A DNA stretch of 64,000 nucleotides from an uncultured Nitrospinota bacterium (lineage in GTDB: Bacteria > Tectomicrobia > Entotheonellia > J063 > CAVPRW01), in contig CAVPRW010000045.1 in the NCBI GenBank assembly GCA_963707985.1, positions 160,001 through 224,000 on the forward strand. The letters run 5' to 3'. This document shows, piece after piece, positions 60,640 through 64,000 of the stretch (positions are counted from its first letter, which is position 1; each line of letters opens with the position of its first letter). Below the pieces are notes generated by a model. That model had not been told where the DNA came from. It searched no databases and was given only the letters and a program-made list of their open reading frames with translations. The position numbers and the translations under genes were made by a program.

Positions 60640-61256
60640 TTGCCAGGTTGACCGGAACGGTGGTCACGAAGGCCGTTGATCACATCGTGCTCGATGTTCG
60701 CGACGTTGGCTATAAGGTGTCCGTCCCGCTGTCCACCTACTATGAACTTCCTGAGATCGATGCCTCGGTGTCGGTGTTCGTCCACACTTATGTGCGGGAG
60801 GACACCTTCCAACTCTATGGCTTCCTAACCGTCGACGAACGTGACCTCTTCGATGCCTTACTACGGGTGACGAAAGTGGGCCCGAAGCTGGCATTGGCCA
60901 TGCTGTCGGGCCTGAGTGCTGGCGATCTTCAACAAGCGATCATCGAGGGAGATGTGACGCGCTTGAGTGCGGTGCCAGGTGTCGGACGCAAGACCGCCGA
61001 ACGCATCATCCTTGAGTTGCGCGAGAAACTTGCCAAGGGCCAGCCCGAACTAGGGGATGGCATGCGCGCCCGAGGCCATGCTCAGACGGTTGTCTCCGAT
61101 GCCGTGACGGCGCTGCAAAACCTTGGCTACTCGCGTGTCGTTGCTGAGCGCGCCCTGCGGCAGGTAGTACACCCCATGGAGATGGGACAGACGCCGGCAC
61201 TCAAGGAATTGCTCCGGGATGCGCTGCGCTTCCTAGGTCAGGAGAAAGGCGAGTGA
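60636..61256 (+). CDS. ruvA: Holliday junction branch migration protein A
   Basis: [45 protein letters not shown]. Confidence 0.95.
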   Translation: MIARLTGTVVTKAVDHIVLDVRDVGYKVSVPLSTYYELPEIDASVSVFVHTYVREDTFQLYGFLTVDERDLFDALLRVTKVGPKLALAMLSGLSAGDLQQAIIEGDVTRLSAVPGVGRKTAERIILELREKLAKGQPELGDGMRARGHAQTVVSDAVTALQNLGYSRVVAERALRQVVHPMEMGQTPALKELLRDALRFLGQEKGE

Positions 61257-61257
61257 C

Positions 61258-62316
61258 ATGCGAGTGCCGCCACGGGGTGTGGTGACTCCTGTCACCACCG
61301 AGGAAGATCGCAGCGCTGACTTACAGCTACGGCCGCGTTGGCTGCAGGAATACATCGGGCAGTCGAACCTGAAGGAACGCTTGGAGATTTTCATTACTGC
61401 CGCCAAGCAACGGACCGAAGCACTCGACCATGTGCTGCTGTATGGCCCGCCAGGACTGGGGAAAACCACTCTCGCGCACATTATCGCCGTGGAGCTAGGG
61501 GTGAGCATTCGCTCGACCTCTGGTCCGGTCTTGGAGCGTCCAGGCGACCTGGCCGCGATTTTGACGAACTTGAATCCCGGGGATGTCCTGTTCATTGATG
61601 AAATCCATCGCTTGCACCCGATCGTGGAAGAGGCCCTGTACCCGGCGATGGAAGACTACCAACTTGATCTGGTGGTTGGTCAGGGACCGAGTGCTCGTAC
61701 GCTGAAGCTCGATCTCCCCCACTTCACCTTGATTGGGGCCACGACTCGAGCGGGTCTCCTGACCTCACCATTGCGGGATCGTTTCGGGGTGGTCAGTCGG
61801 CTCGATTACTACAGTGATGGGGAGCTGCGCGACATTCTGGTGCGTTCGGCAGCTGTCCTCGGGGTGGCGGCGCAAGATGAGGGTATCTGTGAGATCAGCC
61901 GGCGCTCGCGTGGCACTCCACGCGTGGCTAATCGACTGCTGCGGCGCGTTCGCGACTACGCCCAGGTAAGAGCCGACGGTGTCATCACCCAAGAGGTTGC
62001 CGATCGTGCGTTACGGCTGTTGGAGGTCGATGAACTGGGCATGGACGCCATGGATCGGAAATTACTCCTTACCATCATCGATCAATTTAGCGGTGGGCCG
62101 GTCGGTATCGAAACGCTTTCTGCAGCTATCAGCGAGGAGCGCGACACCATCGAGGATGTCTATGAACCCTTTCTCATGCAACGAGGATTCCTCGATCGTA
62201 CACCGCGGGGGCGGGTGGTGACGTTGCGGGCGTATCAGCATTTTGGACGCGTGGCCAAAGGCGCAGGGCTCGACACCGCCCAGGGGCATCTGTGGGAACG
62301 AGAAGAACGGCCATGA
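61258..62316 (+). CDS. ruvB: Holliday junction branch migration helicase B
   Basis: [56 protein letters not shown]. Confidence 0.97.
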   Translation: MRVPPRGVVTPVTTEEDRSADLQLRPRWLQEYIGQSNLKERLEIFITAAKQRTEALDHVLLYGPPGLGKTTLAHIIAVELGVSIRSTSGPVLERPGDLAAILTNLNPGDVLFIDEIHRLHPIVEEALYPAMEDYQLDLVVGQGPSARTLKLDLPHFTLIGATTRAGLLTSPLRDRFGVVSRLDYYSDGELRDILVRSAAVLGVAAQDEGICEISRRSRGTPRVANRLLRRVRDYAQVRADGVITQEVADRALRLLEVDELGMDAMDRKLLLTIIDQFSGGPVGIETLSAAISEERDTIEDVYEPFLMQRGFLDRTPRGRVVTLRAYQHFGRVAKGAGLDTAQGHLWEREERP

Positions 62317-62537
62317 TGCCGCTCAGCGGAGTGGGAAAACTGCTAATCGTCCTCGGTGGCCTCCTGATCATCATTGGCGCAGCCATTGTCCTAATCGGCA
62401 AGATTCCCTGGCTAGGCAGGCTGCCGGGGGACATCTATATTGAGCGAAGGAACTTCACTCTTGTCTTCCCACTTGCCACGTCGGTCCTTGTCAGTGTGAT
62501 CCTCTCGTGTGTGTTGTACCTATTCTCTCGACGATAG
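62313..62537 (+). CDS. DUF2905 family small membrane protein
   Basis: [20 protein letters not shown]; usual position between ruvB and queA. Confidence 0.85.
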   Translation: MMPLSGVGKLLIVLGGLLIIIGAAIVLIGKIPWLGRLPGDIYIERRNFTLVFPLATSVLVSVILSCVLYLFSRR

Positions 62538-62645
62538 ATGCCTTTGCGTGGCGTGGCCACAAGCGCGGGCGACGAGGCTCCCTGCGCATACCTCGCCACT
62601 GACAGCTGGCGTAATGTGACCGCCCAGAACAATTGGCAGACCCCC

Positions 62646-63704
62646 ATGCAGCTAGACGAATGCGATTACCATCTCCCTGCTGAGCTGGTCGCCCAGCAAC
62701 CTTTGAAGGTTCGCGACCATGCCCGTATGCTGGTGGTGGACCGGACCCAGTCGGGCCTGGTGCACGCGCAAGTCCGCGATCTTGTCACGCTTCTGACGTC
62801 GCAGGATGTACTGGTGGTCAATGACACTAAAGTGTTTCCGGCCCGCTTGCTCGGGCGGCGGCGGGATACCGGCGGCAGAGTGGAAATCTTGCTTGTGCGA
62901 CGAGAGGGGGCTCGGCAGTGGCAGGCGCTGGTCAAACCATCATCGCGCCTAGGCGTGGGCGCCGAGGTGATCTTCGAGGCCAGCGACTGGATTGCGGTCA
63001 TCGGTGCAACAGATGCTGCCGGGACACGCCAGGTCGAGTTTCGTGGCCGAGGTAGCTTGCATGTCTGGTTGAGGCGTGCTGGACGTGTGCCTCTCCCGCC
63101 CTACATTACACGCCCCAATGGTGACGACGCCGCGACTAGCGCGGCCGCCCTGAGCGATCGTCGGCGCTATCAAACCGTCTATGCCAAGCATCAGGGCTCC
63201 GTAGCGGCTCCGACTGCGGGCCTCCATCTCACGCGTGCTCTGTTACGTCGACTGCAGGAGCAGGGCGTCGAGGTTCAGGCGATCACTCTCCATGTAGGGC
63301 CAGGGACGTTTCGACCACTGCGTAGTCCTACAATCGAATCCCATATCATGGAAGCGGAGCACTACTGGATTCCCCCCGCTACCGCTGCAGCCCTCGAGGC
63401 TGCCAAGGCAACGGGCAAGCGCCTGATCGCCGTGGGCACCACGACCACGCGTGCGCTGGAATCGGCGGCTGATGCAAACGGACGGATGTGTCACCTGGAG
63501 GGCGATACCGCCCTATTCATCTATCCAGGCTACCGATTCAAGATGGTCGATAGCCTCTTGACGAATTTTCACTTGCCGCGCTCGACACCGTTACTCCTCA
63601 CAATGGCCCTGGCGGGGCGTGAGCGGATCTTCGCTGCATACGGCGAAGCTATCGCCCAGCGCTATCGCTTCTATAGTTTCGGTGACGCGATGCTGATTCG
63701 CTGA
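62646..63704 (+). CDS. queA: S-adenosylmethionine:tRNA ribosyltransferase-isomerase
   Basis: DYHLP.ELVAQ.P, NDTKVFPAR, PLPPYI, YQTVYA, AAPTAGLH, TLHVG.GTF, VGTT, TNFHLP, YRFYSFGDAMLI. Confidence 0.95.
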   Translation: MQLDECDYHLPAELVAQQPLKVRDHARMLVVDRTQSGLVHAQVRDLVTLLTSQDVLVVNDTKVFPARLLGRRRDTGGRVEILLVRREGARQWQALVKPSSRLGVGAEVIFEASDWIAVIGATDAAGTRQVEFRGRGSLHVWLRRAGRVPLPPYITRPNGDDAATSAAALSDRRRYQTVYAKHQGSVAAPTAGLHLTRALLRRLQEQGVEVQAITLHVGPGTFRPLRSPTIESHIMEAEHYWIPPATAAALEAAKATGKRLIAVGTTTTRALESAADANGRMCHLEGDTALFIYPGYRFKMVDSLLTNFHLPRSTPLLLTMALAGRERIFAAYGEAIAQRYRFYSFGDAMLIR

Positions 63705-64000
63705 GCGCCACGTCAGTCCCGTGTGCTCATTTCCCGACCTTGTGCGCCTTTGCATTGCCCTTGCCAGCCAGGTTTGGGAGAGCGGCAAAGCCGCGATGGG
63801 GCTTGGTTTTGCCAAGATTTTGCTTGCCCGATGATGGGTAGGTGTGGTAGGGTTTGAACACGCAGTAAGCGATGCCGATGCGTCAGCGCTCGCAACGCTG
63901 CGGATACCCGATTATTTGAGGGTCGTCAATGGGCGAGATGGCAGGTGATGTCGGTCAGGTATTGACTGTTCCCCCGGTGGTGGTCGCTTCGAAACATTCG

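Noticed and set aside
1..64000. CRISPR arrays, tRNA/rRNA genes, TPP riboswitch near tenA/thiD
   Set aside because: None recognised by eye; an Infernal/tRNAscan run is needed to exclude divergent RNAs

Overview
Bacterial chromosomal window, GC-rich (roughly 55-60% by eye). Gene style and IS remnants loosely suggest an uncultured Tectomicrobia/Methylomirabilota/Nitrospinota-like lineage (weak inference). The main feature is a co-oriented minus-strand locus at 5.2-17.4 kb. It holds an archaeal-type tetraether lipid synthase (Tes/GDGT-MAS) homologue with all diagnostic metal-binding motifs, a small unknown gene, and a PlsA/PlsR (Ger-type) ester-to-ether reductase pair. A consensus sigma-54 promoter precedes tes, a perfect 22-bp operator precedes plsR, and a sigma-54 two-component system lies just upstream. 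Together these make a candidate regulated pathway for bacterial membrane-spanning ether lipids (brGDGT-like). A second circuit at 43.6-51.8 kb links a GlrK-QseG-GlrR-like system, TGTC-N10-GACA enhancers and a sigma-54 promoter to two tandem UpxY-type NusG paralogues and an ExeA-like ATPase. Also present: an orphan pafA, thiDN, a GrdB/PrdB-like gene with Ser at the selenocysteine position, scattered nuoB/D/I (possibly a NuoB-D fusion), Fe-S carriers, korBA, an AOR-family enzyme, a decayed TA/IS patch, and yebC-ruvCAB-queA. Genes at about 27.4-38.9 kb carry many single-base frameshifts that look like sequencing errors. I saw no rRNA, tRNA or CRISPR array. All calls come from motif recognition; no database searches were run.
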